Origin: an uncultured Bacteriovorax sp.
GTDB taxonomy: Bacteria; Bdellovibrionota; UBA1018
DNA: 64,000 bases
Assembly: GCA_964432565.1 (NCBI GenBank)
Contig: CAYSOA010000011.1
Location: forward strand, 612-64,611
Direction: 5' to 3'
Shown: positions 36,048 to 44,533 of the stretch, piece after piece
Position numbering within the stretch: the stretch's first letter is position 1
Layout of the letters: each line of letters starts with the position of its first letter
The notes under the pieces: model-generated
Told to the model about the DNA's origin: nothing
What the model saw: the letters and a program-made list of their open reading frames with translations, nothing else
Database searches by the model: none
Position numbers and translations under genes: made by a program

Positions 36048-36862
36048 CGGGCGCTCTCCGACTGAGAGGGGGAACTCTCTTGCGAGGATCGCGGTGTTCC
36101 TTCGGGCGCAGGAGCATACCCCGGCAGGAAGCGAATGGTGCGATTGCTTCCCCCTTCGGCAGGATCGCTCCAGGAGGCGGTTTGAACCAGACAGGGCGCC
36201 AGCGACTCATTCCAGCCAAAAGAGTAGCAAATCGCCTGACACTGAAATTTCTTGGGAAGAAAGCAGGCGGGACTCTGCTTTCGCAGCAGTTCGCACTGCT
36301 TCTCTCCATCACGAACGCCATTGGCGAAGTCGCTCGAACATTGCGGACTGAGGGGGGCCTTTTTCAGAGCCTTCTTGAAGGCCGCTTCACCTGCAGAGTA
36401 GCCTCCGATGCAGCAGGCGCGAGCGGCGCTGGAGGCATCGAACTCCGTGCAGGCGTACGACAACTCTGAACGTTTGATGACGGGATGGACGCCGAAGCGC
36501 CCGAAAGTCGGGAAGTAGCGGCGGGCAGTGAAGGCCTGGTCGAATCCCTCAGTGAAAGCTCTGGCGTGATTGGGGTCGGAGGCGCACGGGTTTGGGGCTC
36601 GATTTTCCGGGGCCAGAGCGGTCGCCGCTTCGAAACGAGACTGTTTCTTGAGACTTGCGAAGAAGGCCTTTTCGCCGTCTAGAGCCGCGCACTGCGAGTA
36701 GTCGGCAGGAGAGGCCGGAGGCTCGGCGGCATGAACCGATGGGAGGGTGAGCCCGCCGGTCTGAGCGAACAACAACGCGAAGCACCCCGTCAGAGCGCCG
36801 GTTTTCACCGGCCAAACTAGCCAGAAACTGCGGTCAGAATGGACACACCCCGAAATACGCAT
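36044..36862 (-). CDS. Cys-rich secreted protein (272 aa)
   Basis: Signal-like N-terminus ending SVHA-AEPP. About eleven Cys follow the predicted cleavage site. Ser/Pro-rich C-terminal tail. ATGA overlap with the next gene. Confidence 0.55.
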   Translation of the reverse strand: MRISGCVHSDRSFWLVWPVKTGALTGCFALLFAQTGGLTLPSVHAAEPPASPADYSQCAALDGEKAFFASLKKQSRFEAATALAPENRAPNPCASDPNHARAFTEGFDQAFTARRYFPTFGRFGVHPVIKRSELSYACTEFDASSAARACCIGGYSAGEAAFKKALKKAPLSPQCSSDFANGVRDGEKQCELLRKQSPACFLPKKFQCQAICYSFGWNESLAPCLVQTASWSDPAEGGSNRTIRFLPGYAPAPEGTPRSSQESSPSQSESAR

Positions 36863-37005
36863 CGTCCCTTAAAGTGTACGTATCAGGTCGGGTTTTGGCA
36901 AATTCTGTTCGGCAAAGCCATGCGGCTTGGATTTTTGGGCAGATCGGCATTAAAAGCCATCCAGTTCATTCATTTCCCTATCGACCCGATGAAGGAGAGT
37001 CCGAC

Positions 37006-38181
37006 ATGACTTCTGTCGTTATTGCTTCCATTGCTCGCACGCCGATCGGCAGTTTCCAGGGAGCCCTCGCCGGGGTCCCCGCCCCGAAGCTTGCGGCCAC
37101 GGCCATCCAGGCTGCACTGGCCCGTGCCGGAGTCGATCCTTCACAGGTTTCGGAAGTCATCCTGGGCAACGTGCTTTCGGCAGGAATCGGCCAGGCTCCC
37201 GCACGCCAGGCCCTCATCGCCGCCGGTCTCCCAAACTCGGTTCCGGCACTGACGGTCAACAAGGTCTGCGGCAGCGGCATGAAGGCCATCATGCTCGGTG
37301 CCCAGAGTATTCAGCTTGGGGAGTCTGAGGTGGTCGTCGCCGGCGGAATGGAGAGCATGAGCAATGTTCCGTACATCCTTCCGTCGGCCCGCGCTGGAGC
37401 GCGAATGGGGCACCAGCAGCTCATCGATACGATGATTCATGACGGACTCTGGGATCCTTACAAGAACCAGCACATGGGCAACTGCGGCGAGCTTTGCGCC
37501 CGCGAATGGAAGTTCTCGCGCGAAGAACAGGACGCCTTTGCCACTCAGAGCTACCGGCGGGCTCAGGAGGCCGAGAGCGCAGGTAAGTTTCAGTTCGAGA
37601 TTGCCCCAGTCACGATCAGCGGGAGGAAGGGCGATGTCATCGTCGACAAGGACGAAGGGCCGGGCAAGGCGCAGTTTGACAAGATTCCCACCCTCAAGCC
37701 GGCGTTCGACAAGGCCGGCTCAGTGACGGCGGCCAATGCATCGAGCATCAACGACGGCGCGGCCGTGGTCGTGCTCATGAGCGATAAAAAGGCGAAGGAG
37801 CTTGGCGTGAAGCCGCTGGCCCGCCTGGTCTCTTCGGGGACGTTTGCGCAGGAGCCCGAGTGGTTCACGACGGCGCCGGCTGAAGCGATGCGCCGGGCAA
37901 TGAAGAAGGCCGGATGGTCGGCCGGCGATGTGGACCTGTTCGAAGTGAATGAAGCGTTCGCCGTAGTCTCGATGGCGGCAGCTCGAGAACTCGAGATTCC
38001 GTCCGAAAAGCTCAATGTCTGGGGCGGTGCGATCTCACTCGGTCACCCCATTGGAGCCAGCGGTGCGCGAATCATCGTGACGCTGCTTTCGGCACTGAAG
38101 GATCGTGGCGCGAAAAAGGGCCTTGCGGGTATTTGCATCGGCGGCGGTGAGGCCACTGCCGTCTGCGTGGAGCTCGTCTAA
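37006..38181 (+). CDS. acetyl-CoA acetyltransferase (thiolase II)
   Basis: VVIASIARTPIGSF, NKVCGSGMKA, NEAFA, GGAISLGHPIGASG, CIGGGEA. Confidence 0.95.
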   Translation: MTSVVIASIARTPIGSFQGALAGVPAPKLAATAIQAALARAGVDPSQVSEVILGNVLSAGIGQAPARQALIAAGLPNSVPALTVNKVCGSGMKAIMLGAQSIQLGESEVVVAGGMESMSNVPYILPSARAGARMGHQQLIDTMIHDGLWDPYKNQHMGNCGELCAREWKFSREEQDAFATQSYRRAQEAESAGKFQFEIAPVTISGRKGDVIVDKDEGPGKAQFDKIPTLKPAFDKAGSVTAANASSINDGAAVVVLMSDKKAKELGVKPLARLVSSGTFAQEPEWFTTAPAEAMRRAMKKAGWSAGDVDLFEVNEAFAVVSMAAARELEIPSEKLNVWGGAISLGHPIGASGARIIVTLLSALKDRGAKKGLAGICIGGGEATAVCVELV

Positions 38182-38886
38182 ATGGGCTTCAATAAGGTCG
38201 TCAGTGGTGCCGCCGAGGCGGTGAAGGACATTCCGAACAACGCGATTCTGGCGCTGGGGGGGTTCGGGCTCTGCGGCATACCTGAAAACTCGATCGCCGC
38301 CCTCGTTGACCTCGGCAGCACCGGGTTGACCTGCATTTCGAACAACGCCGGCGTCGATGGCTTCGGGATCGGATTGATGCTCGAAAAACGCCAGGTCAAA
38401 AAGATGATTTCGAGCTACGTGGGCGAGAACAAGCTCTTTGAGCAGCTCGTTCTTTCGGGTGAACTCGAGATTGAGCTCACTCCGCAGGGCACGCTTGCAG
38501 AAAAGATCCGCGCAGGTGGTGCGGGCATTCCTGCCTTCTACACCCCGACAGGGGTAGGGACGATCGTCGCCGAAGGCAAGGATGTGCGTGAGTTTGACGG
38601 CCGAAAGTATGTTCTCGAGCGTTCTCTGACGGCGGACTTTTCGATCGTGAAGGCGTGGAAGGGCGATGCGATGGGAAATCTCGTCTTTCGAAAGACGGCG
38701 CGAAACTTCAATCCGATGATTGCCACCTGCGGTCGCATCTGTATTGCAGAAGTGGAGGAGCTGGTTCCAGTGGGATCGCTCGATCCAGACCAGATCCACA
38801 CACCGGGCATCTACGTTCACCGGATTTTCGAAGGAAAGAACTACGAGAAGCGCATCGAACGACGAACGGTTCGGAAGGAAGGGTGA
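38182..38886 (+). CDS. 3-oxoacid CoA-transferase subunit A
   Basis: [13 protein letters not shown] and SYVGENK. It starts directly after the thiolase stop. Confidence 0.92.
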   Translation: MGFNKVVSGAAEAVKDIPNNAILALGGFGLCGIPENSIAALVDLGSTGLTCISNNAGVDGFGIGLMLEKRQVKKMISSYVGENKLFEQLVLSGELEIELTPQGTLAEKIRAGGAGIPAFYTPTGVGTIVAEGKDVREFDGRKYVLERSLTADFSIVKAWKGDAMGNLVFRKTARNFNPMIATCGRICIAEVEELVPVGSLDPDQIHTPGIYVHRIFEGKNYEKRIERRTVRKEG

Positions 38887-38890
38887 GGCG

Positions 38891-39547
38891 ATGGCACTGA
38901 CGCGTGAACAGATTGCCCGACGAATTTCCCGCGAGCTTCGAGATGGCTACTATGTGAATCTTGGAATCGGCATTCCAACGCTCGTGGCAAACTCTATTCC
39001 CGAGGGAATGACCGTCGTGCTGCAGTCCGAAAATGGCCTTCTCGGTATGGGTCCCTATCCCTCGGATTCCGAAGTGGACGCCGACCTGATCAATGCCGGA
39101 AAAGAGACCGTCACGGCGATTGCCGGGGCCGCCTTCTTCTCGAGTGCCGATTCCTTTGCCATGATTCGTGGCGGCAAGGTGGATCTTACCGTGCTTGGGG
39201 CAATGGAAGTGGATGAGAGCGGCAGTCTCGCCAACTGGATGGTTCCCGGAAAGATGGTCAAGGGAATGGGCGGAGCAATGGATCTCGTCGCTGGTGCGAA
39301 AAAGGTGGTCGTCGCCATGCAGCACGTGGCGAAGGATGGGTCGAGCAAGATCCTGAAGAAGTGCACCCTCCCACTGACAGGGGTAGGTTGCGTCCAGCGC
39401 ATCGTGACCGAGCTTGCCGTCATCGATGTCACTCCGAAGGGACTGGTATTGCGCGAGCGCGCACCCGGTGTGACGATTGAGGAGATCCGACAGGCAACCG
39501 AAGCCAGCCTCAACGTTCCGGGCGATGTCCCGGAGATGAGCTTTTGA
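38891..39547 (+). CDS. 3-oxoacid CoA-transferase subunit B
   Basis: [17 protein letters not shown] (catalytic Glu context), GMGGAMDLV. Confidence 0.92.
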   Translation: MALTREQIARRISRELRDGYYVNLGIGIPTLVANSIPEGMTVVLQSENGLLGMGPYPSDSEVDADLINAGKETVTAIAGAAFFSSADSFAMIRGGKVDLTVLGAMEVDESGSLANWMVPGKMVKGMGGAMDLVAGAKKVVVAMQHVAKDGSSKILKKCTLPLTGVGCVQRIVTELAVIDVTPKGLVLRERAPGVTIEEIRQATEASLNVPGDVPEMSF

Positions 39548-39560
39548 GACGGCAAATTCG

Positions 39561-40667
39561 GTGAGTCTCGAGTCGTCATTTCTTTTCGTCTGCTGCCAGC
39601 CCGGGGCAGAGGCACTGCTCAAGGCGGAGCTCGCTCGCGAAGCTCCACGCCTGCGGTTTGCTTTCTCGAGGCCGGGCTTTGTCACTTTCAAGGATGTCGA
39701 CTCGCGTTCGTTTCGTCCCGATTTTGAGCTGCCGTCGGTTTTTGCCAGGGCTTATGGTCTTTCGCTGGGGCAATGCAAATCTCCTGATCCGGCAGCCGAG
39801 GTTTTCGCACATGCCCTCGCACTTCGTGCTGTGTCGGCCTCCCCGTTGAGGCTGCATGTCTGGGAGCGCCCCCAGCATGTTCCTGGAGAAGAGCCTCTCG
39901 GATATCAGAGAGGCGAGATTGCACGAAGCGTCGAGCAGCGCCTTCGGGAACGGGCGGCATCGATGGGGTCTGCCGATCTTTTTCATGGGGAAGTCGAGGC
40001 GTCTCCTGACGATCTGGTTCTCGATGTCCTCGTCATGGAGCCCGTCGAAGATTCGCCACTTTTCTCGGGGTTTCATCGCCAGTCGAAGGGACATATTCCC
40101 TTTCCAGGGGGGGAGATACCCGTCGAGATGCCCGAACGGGCGCCATCACGGGCCTTCGTCAAGCTCGAACAGGCGATTCGCTGGAGCAGGCTGCCCCTGC
40201 GCGCCCGGGATGTCGCCGTCGAGCTGGGGTCTGCCCCTGGAGGGGCTTCGTTCGCGATGCTTCTACGCGGAATGGAAGTCTGGGGGATCGACCCTGCAGC
40301 GATGGATCCGGTCGTCTGGACCGATCCTCGGTGCGAGAAACGTTTTCATCATGTGAAGAAGGCCTTTTCGGAGGTCAGGCGTGAGGACCTTCCCAAGGCG
40401 GTGCAATGGCTGGTACTCGACATCAATGCTCCGGTGCGCGTCTCGCTTCCTTACGTCGAGACGCTGGCTTCATGGTTCAGTGACACCCTCCTGGGCATGA
40501 TCCTGACGCTGAAGATCAACGATCCGAAACATGCCCGGCACATTCCTGAATGGCGCGAGCGCATGGAGACGCTCGGGCTTCGGCAGGTGCGTGCCACCCA
40601 GCTTTCAGTAAACAAACGAGAGATCTGCCTTACCGCCATCAGTCGTCGAGCACTGATCCGAACCTGA
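39561..40667 (+). CDS. rlmM: 23S rRNA 2'-O-ribose methyltransferase RlmM-like
   Basis: Colinear with E. coli RlmM: THUMP-like N-terminus (LFVCCQPGAE), APSRAFVKLEQA, VELGSAPGGAS, LVLDI, and TLKIN. GTG start. Confidence 0.8.
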   Translation: MSLESSFLFVCCQPGAEALLKAELAREAPRLRFAFSRPGFVTFKDVDSRSFRPDFELPSVFARAYGLSLGQCKSPDPAAEVFAHALALRAVSASPLRLHVWERPQHVPGEEPLGYQRGEIARSVEQRLRERAASMGSADLFHGEVEASPDDLVLDVLVMEPVEDSPLFSGFHRQSKGHIPFPGGEIPVEMPERAPSRAFVKLEQAIRWSRLPLRARDVAVELGSAPGGASFAMLLRGMEVWGIDPAAMDPVVWTDPRCEKRFHHVKKAFSEVRREDLPKAVQWLVLDINAPVRVSLPYVETLASWFSDTLLGMILTLKINDPKHARHIPEWRERMETLGLRQVRATQLSVNKREICLTAISRRALIRT

Positions 40668-41981
40668 TCAGTTCTGCGACGAGCCTGGCTTGTAGAAGAC
40701 TTCGGCCGTATCACTGCCGGAGAGGCGGGCGCTGCCGTTCAGGCGAACCGCCCAGCCCGTGGCCCGGTTCATTGCGACGTCATCGGCGGTTACCACGCGG
40801 GGCTGATCCTCGATGTAACCGGCAAAGCTCCAGCCATTTTCGGCATCCTGCGGGATGGTCACCGCTTGTGACCTGTCTCCGTTGGGGTAGCGCACCACTT
40901 CGATGGTCGAGATATTGGGTTCGTGGTCGAGCATCAGCAGGACCGTCAGCAGGCTCATTCGCTGGACTTCGAGCGACTGCTGGATGGTGTTCAGCATCGA
41001 GCTCGTCTGGCTGACGCAGAAGTTCTGCGCCGTGCCGCCCATGTCCTGGGCAAGCCGGGAGTACTGGAATCCAGAGTAAGAGCCGGCACCGTAGCAGTTG
41101 CCTCCGGTTGCGACCGCGGCGTGAAGCTGAACCTGCGAGGCGCTGGGGCGAAGAGCTTCGAGCTCACCGCGGAAGTGATCCCGCAGGTCGACGAGCGACT
41201 GCGCGGCAAAACCGGAAGGATATTGGTCCAGGGTTCGTCCGACAACGCAGCCATTCGCCTGCAGCGAGGGAGAGCCGCAGCTGATGATGGTCGCCCGTTC
41301 CATCGTCGGGTAATCACATGGAGCCTGGTAGGAAGTGTTGTTCTGCGTTCTTTCGCAGATCATGCGACCTGATGTGTCGTCACCATTGCCAAGAACGATC
41401 ACCACCAGCAGGGCATCATCCCGATGAAAACCGGTATCGCTGAACTGGTTCTTGAGCTGGCTCGTCAGAGTAAAAAGCCCCGCCTCTTGACCGCTGTTGG
41501 TCGCGGTCGGCGCAAGTCGATAGCGGTAGTCGGTGTACTGCGAAGGCCGCCTGAAGAATGAAGAGACGATGGTTCCTGGTTCGTTCTGTGAAAATAGGGC
41601 GCCGGGATAGGGGACTCGCCACTCGCTCTCACCCCAGTTTCGATCGTGCTTCGAGGCCACAATCTGACTAAAGAGCCGTGTCGAGGCGTTTCCGGTCAGG
41701 GGGATGGCGGCAAAATGGTAGTCCCAGCCCGTATTTTCGAGATTGGAGAGGAATTTTGGGACTTCGGTGCCGATCGACGAGTAGACCTCCTTCATCGAAC
41801 CCGTGTTGTCCTGCGCGAGCAGGATGTCCACTTTGGGGGCCAGCGTGAAGTAGCCGGGAGCTTCGGCGACGCTGAGGGTGCTGATCGTCTCGAAGCTCTC
41901 CTTTCCGCAGGCGCTGAGCGAGGCCGCCAGAACGCTGGCCAGACCGAAACGAAGCAGGGGGTGTCGTGCAATCCTGTTCAT
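40668..41981 (-). CDS. VWA-like lipoprotein with six additional Cys
   Basis: Lipobox LAASLSAC-G. MIDAS-like VDILLAQDNTGSM, plus VVIVLGNGDD. Cys are scattered through the C-terminal half. The ATG at 41981 gives the signal peptide at the N-terminus. Confidence 0.65.
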   Translation of the reverse strand: MNRIARHPLLRFGLASVLAASLSACGKESFETISTLSVAEAPGYFTLAPKVDILLAQDNTGSMKEVYSSIGTEVPKFLSNLENTGWDYHFAAIPLTGNASTRLFSQIVASKHDRNWGESEWRVPYPGALFSQNEPGTIVSSFFRRPSQYTDYRYRLAPTATNSGQEAGLFTLTSQLKNQFSDTGFHRDDALLVVIVLGNGDDTSGRMICERTQNNTSYQAPCDYPTMERATIISCGSPSLQANGCVVGRTLDQYPSGFAAQSLVDLRDHFRGELEALRPSASQVQLHAAVATGGNCYGAGSYSGFQYSRLAQDMGGTAQNFCVSQTSSMLNTIQQSLEVQRMSLLTVLLMLDHEPNISTIEVVRYPNGDRSQAVTIPQDAENGWSFAGYIEDQPRVVTADDVAMNRATGWAVRLNGSARLSGSDTAEVFYKPGSSQN

Positions 41982-42189
41982 ATGAAACTCTTCCTCACGG
42001 GTCTGGTAACGCAAGGACGGTGCCACGACGGGTGCTTTTAGGAAGCCTGAAAAGTTTTGAGATATCGGAAGTTTACAAGTGACTCATCAGGGGAGTGGAG
42101 AGGCCTGGGGCTCCTGATTCTGGCAGGAAGCCTGTCAACTGTCGAAAGTTTGTACGAATTCGGAGAGGCTTCGGTACACTGAGGAACAT

Positions 42190-43041
42190 ATGGAAAACAC
42201 AGGGAACGTGTTTTTTTCGGGTAAGGAAGATGCGGCCATCTGGTTTGTCGCCTTGGACCATGAAAAATGGATCGGGCCGATGTCAGCCAGCGAGATCGTC
42301 GCTCGCATCCAGAAGGGCGAGCTGACGTGGGCCCACTACGGTTGGTGCAAGGGGCAGGCGCGCTGGGAGCGAGTTTGTGACATCCCTGCATTTCGGGCCG
42401 CAGTGCCGGCGCAACCGAACAAGATCATCGAGGTCGAGGTCCAAAAGAGCGCCCAGAAGGCCTCCAGGAAAACCTCGGCGCCTCCGCCTCCGTCGCGAAA
42501 GGCACAGAGCTGGTACCTCTATTACAACGACTCGCAGTTCGGTCCCTTCACGGAACAGGACATTCATCGCTTTCTGCGCATCGGAAAGATTCACGGTGAC
42601 GTTCATGTCTGGAAGGACGGGATGTCGACCTGGGAGAAGCTCAAGCGCGTCGATCACTTCAAGGAGAGTGTCGCCGAATCAAAGTCGGCACGCATCGCCC
42701 GGAAGACGGAGCGTCGAAGGGCTCCTCGCGTGCCGGTGGTGGCCCGAAGCCTGATGAGCGCTGCAGGAAAGGTATTTTCGGCCGTCTGCCGGGATGTGAG
42801 CATCGGGGGCATGCAGGTACTGACTCGCGACCTTCCCGGACCTGTGGGAGCGCGGCTCAAGCTCAATATCAGCGCCCCGGTCACCGTGGCGGGACGCAAG
42901 ATCGAATCGTTCGTCGCTGAGGGAGAAATCGTGCGTCTGCTTGAGGACGGCAAGGGGTTCAGTTTCCGTTTCGAAAAACTGAGTGATCATTCGAGGCGCT
43001 GCATTGAGGCCTACATCCAGTCGAGCGAGATCCGAAAATGA
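42190..43041 (+). CDS. GYF_2 - GYF_2 - PilZ domain protein (probable c-di-GMP receptor)
   Basis: Two GYF_2-type repeats (W.V..D...IGPMSASEI...G.....YGW..G...W..V, and WYLYYNDSQFGPFTEQDI...VHVWKDGMSTWEKL). PilZ motifs are RRRAPR and DVSIGG. GAGGAA RBS. Confidence 0.75.
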   Translation: MENTGNVFFSGKEDAAIWFVALDHEKWIGPMSASEIVARIQKGELTWAHYGWCKGQARWERVCDIPAFRAAVPAQPNKIIEVEVQKSAQKASRKTSAPPPPSRKAQSWYLYYNDSQFGPFTEQDIHRFLRIGKIHGDVHVWKDGMSTWEKLKRVDHFKESVAESKSARIARKTERRRAPRVPVVARSLMSAAGKVFSAVCRDVSIGGMQVLTRDLPGPVGARLKLNISAPVTVAGRKIESFVAEGEIVRLLEDGKGFSFRFEKLSDHSRRCIEAYIQSSEIRK

Positions 43042-43976
43042 GCGGAACCGAAAAGTGGGGTGCCGAGAGCCTGAGGCCTCGGGGGTTTCCCGGGCTTCCT
43101 GAAGACTGGAGCAGTAGCTGGAATATCCAGCCGTCGACGTCCTCCAACCTGAATCTCTTTTCGATGCTCCATCGGCGCCGCGATGCCGAAGGGGAAAAGT
43201 CGGAAGAGGCGTTCCGGGGACTCGTCGTTTTTCACGGACAGGGCGAGCATGGCGGCCGCTATGGCCATTTCCCGCACTTTTTAAAGGAATGCGTCGATGT
43301 CGTGGCGACCCAGGATCATCGAGGTCATGGGCGGTCCGAGGGGGTTCGTGGTCACGTCGAGCGGTTCGATGATTATGTCGAAGATGCCCGGAGTTTCGTT
43401 GAGCGGTTGATCGAGCAGTTGAAGCGGGAAGGGCGCAAGCCCGTTCTCCATCTTTTCGGACACAGCATGGGAGGACTGATCTCCCTTCGGCTTCTCCAAA
43501 AATATCCCCAGATTCCCTTTGCGAGTGCCACGCTCAGCGCGCCTCTGCTGGGGCTGAAGTTCGAGGTTCCGCTTGCGAAGCGTGTCGTGGGCCATGCCCT
43601 TTCGAGAGTCCTTGGCGGCCTGCAGCTGGAGACGGGGCTCGACTCTTCGCTGGTTTCGCATGACCCCGAAGTGGTGGCCGCTTATCGTGCCGATCGTCTG
43701 GTTCACTCGAAGGCGACGGCCCGATTTTTCACCGAGATGCTGACGGCCATTCGAGAGGCTCGTTCCGAAGAGCGCCTTCCCGTTCCCGTTCAGTTTCTGG
43801 TGCCGCTTTCGGATGGACTGGTTGATTCGGGGGCCACTCTCGAATTCGCCGAGCGGCAGGTCGCTCCGGAGAAGAAGGTGGTTCGTTATGAGGGCTTTTA
43901 CCACGAGTCCTTCAATGAGGTTCAGAAGGAGAGGGCATTCGCCGACCTATGCCAATGGATACAAAAGCACAGCTGA
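43038..43976 (+). CDS. alpha/beta hydrolase (lysophospholipase / monoacylglycerol lipase-like)
   Basis: VVFHGQGEHGGRY, DHRGHGRSEG, and the nucleophile elbow GHSMGG. ATGA overlap with the PilZ gene. Confidence 0.8.
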   Translation: MSGTEKWGAESLRPRGFPGLPEDWSSSWNIQPSTSSNLNLFSMLHRRRDAEGEKSEEAFRGLVVFHGQGEHGGRYGHFPHFLKECVDVVATQDHRGHGRSEGVRGHVERFDDYVEDARSFVERLIEQLKREGRKPVLHLFGHSMGGLISLRLLQKYPQIPFASATLSAPLLGLKFEVPLAKRVVGHALSRVLGGLQLETGLDSSLVSHDPEVVAAYRADRLVHSKATARFFTEMLTAIREARSEERLPVPVQFLVPLSDGLVDSGATLEFAERQVAPEKKVVRYEGFYHESFNEVQKERAFADLCQWIQKHS

Positions 43977-44533
43977 TTCGGCTCATTCTTGAACGGAGCT
44001 ACCGGGAAGGCAGCTTCACTCTCGCATCGGGGAAGAAGTCCTCCTTCTATATTGACCTCAAGGCAACCACGCTCTCGGCCAGAGGCGCGTTCTTGATCGG
44101 CGTCCTGGCGATCGAGCGCCTGCGTGAGGGCGGCCTTCTGGACCGGATCCAGGGTGTAGGCGGTCTGACTCTCGGCGCCGACCCCATTGCAACGGCCATC
44201 TCGCTGGCGAGTCTGAACGCTGGATTGGGGCAGGAGGGTATTGCAGCCTTCATCGTCCGCAAGGAGGCCAAGGGACATGGAACGGGCCGCTTCATTGAGG
44301 GAGCCGAGAATCTGCGGGCGGGTGCCAGAGTCGTCGTTGTCGAAGACGTCTCGACCACGGGTGCGTCGGCGTGGACGGCCGTCGAAAGAATGCGTGATGC
44401 CGGCTACGATGTCGCGGCCGTCTTGACGGTCGTCGACCGGCAGCAGGGAGCCGCCGAAATGCTGGGTGCGCGAGGCGTTCCTTTGATGGCTCTGCTCAGG
44501 CTTTCAGACCTGCAATCACCGTATCCTGGCTGA
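43949..44533 (+). CDS. pyrE: orotate phosphoribosyltransferase
   Basis: GSFTLASGKKSSFYIDLK and the PRPP loop VVVVEDVSTTGAS. Confidence 0.9.
   Translation: MPMDTKAQLIRLILERSYREGSFTLASGKKSSFYIDLKATTLSARGAFLIGVLAIERLREGGLLDRIQGVGGLTLGADPIATAISLASLNAGLGQEGIAAFIVRKEAKGHGTGRFIEGAENLRAGARVVVVEDVSTTGASAWTAVERMRDAGYDVAAVLTVVDRQQGAAEMLGARGVPLMALLRLSDLQSPYPG

Noticed and set aside
38035-39691. Two long minus-strand ORFs (261 and 327 aa).
   Set aside because: They are antisense to the thiolase end and to both CoA-transferase subunit genes, which have clear family motifs.
42121-42136. A sigma-54-like promoter, TGGCAGGAAGCCTGTC, upstream of the GYF-PilZ gene.
   Set aside because: The -24 TGGCA is present, but the -12 element reads cTGt instead of the conserved TTGC; the GC dinucleotide is missing. 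It is too weak to call.
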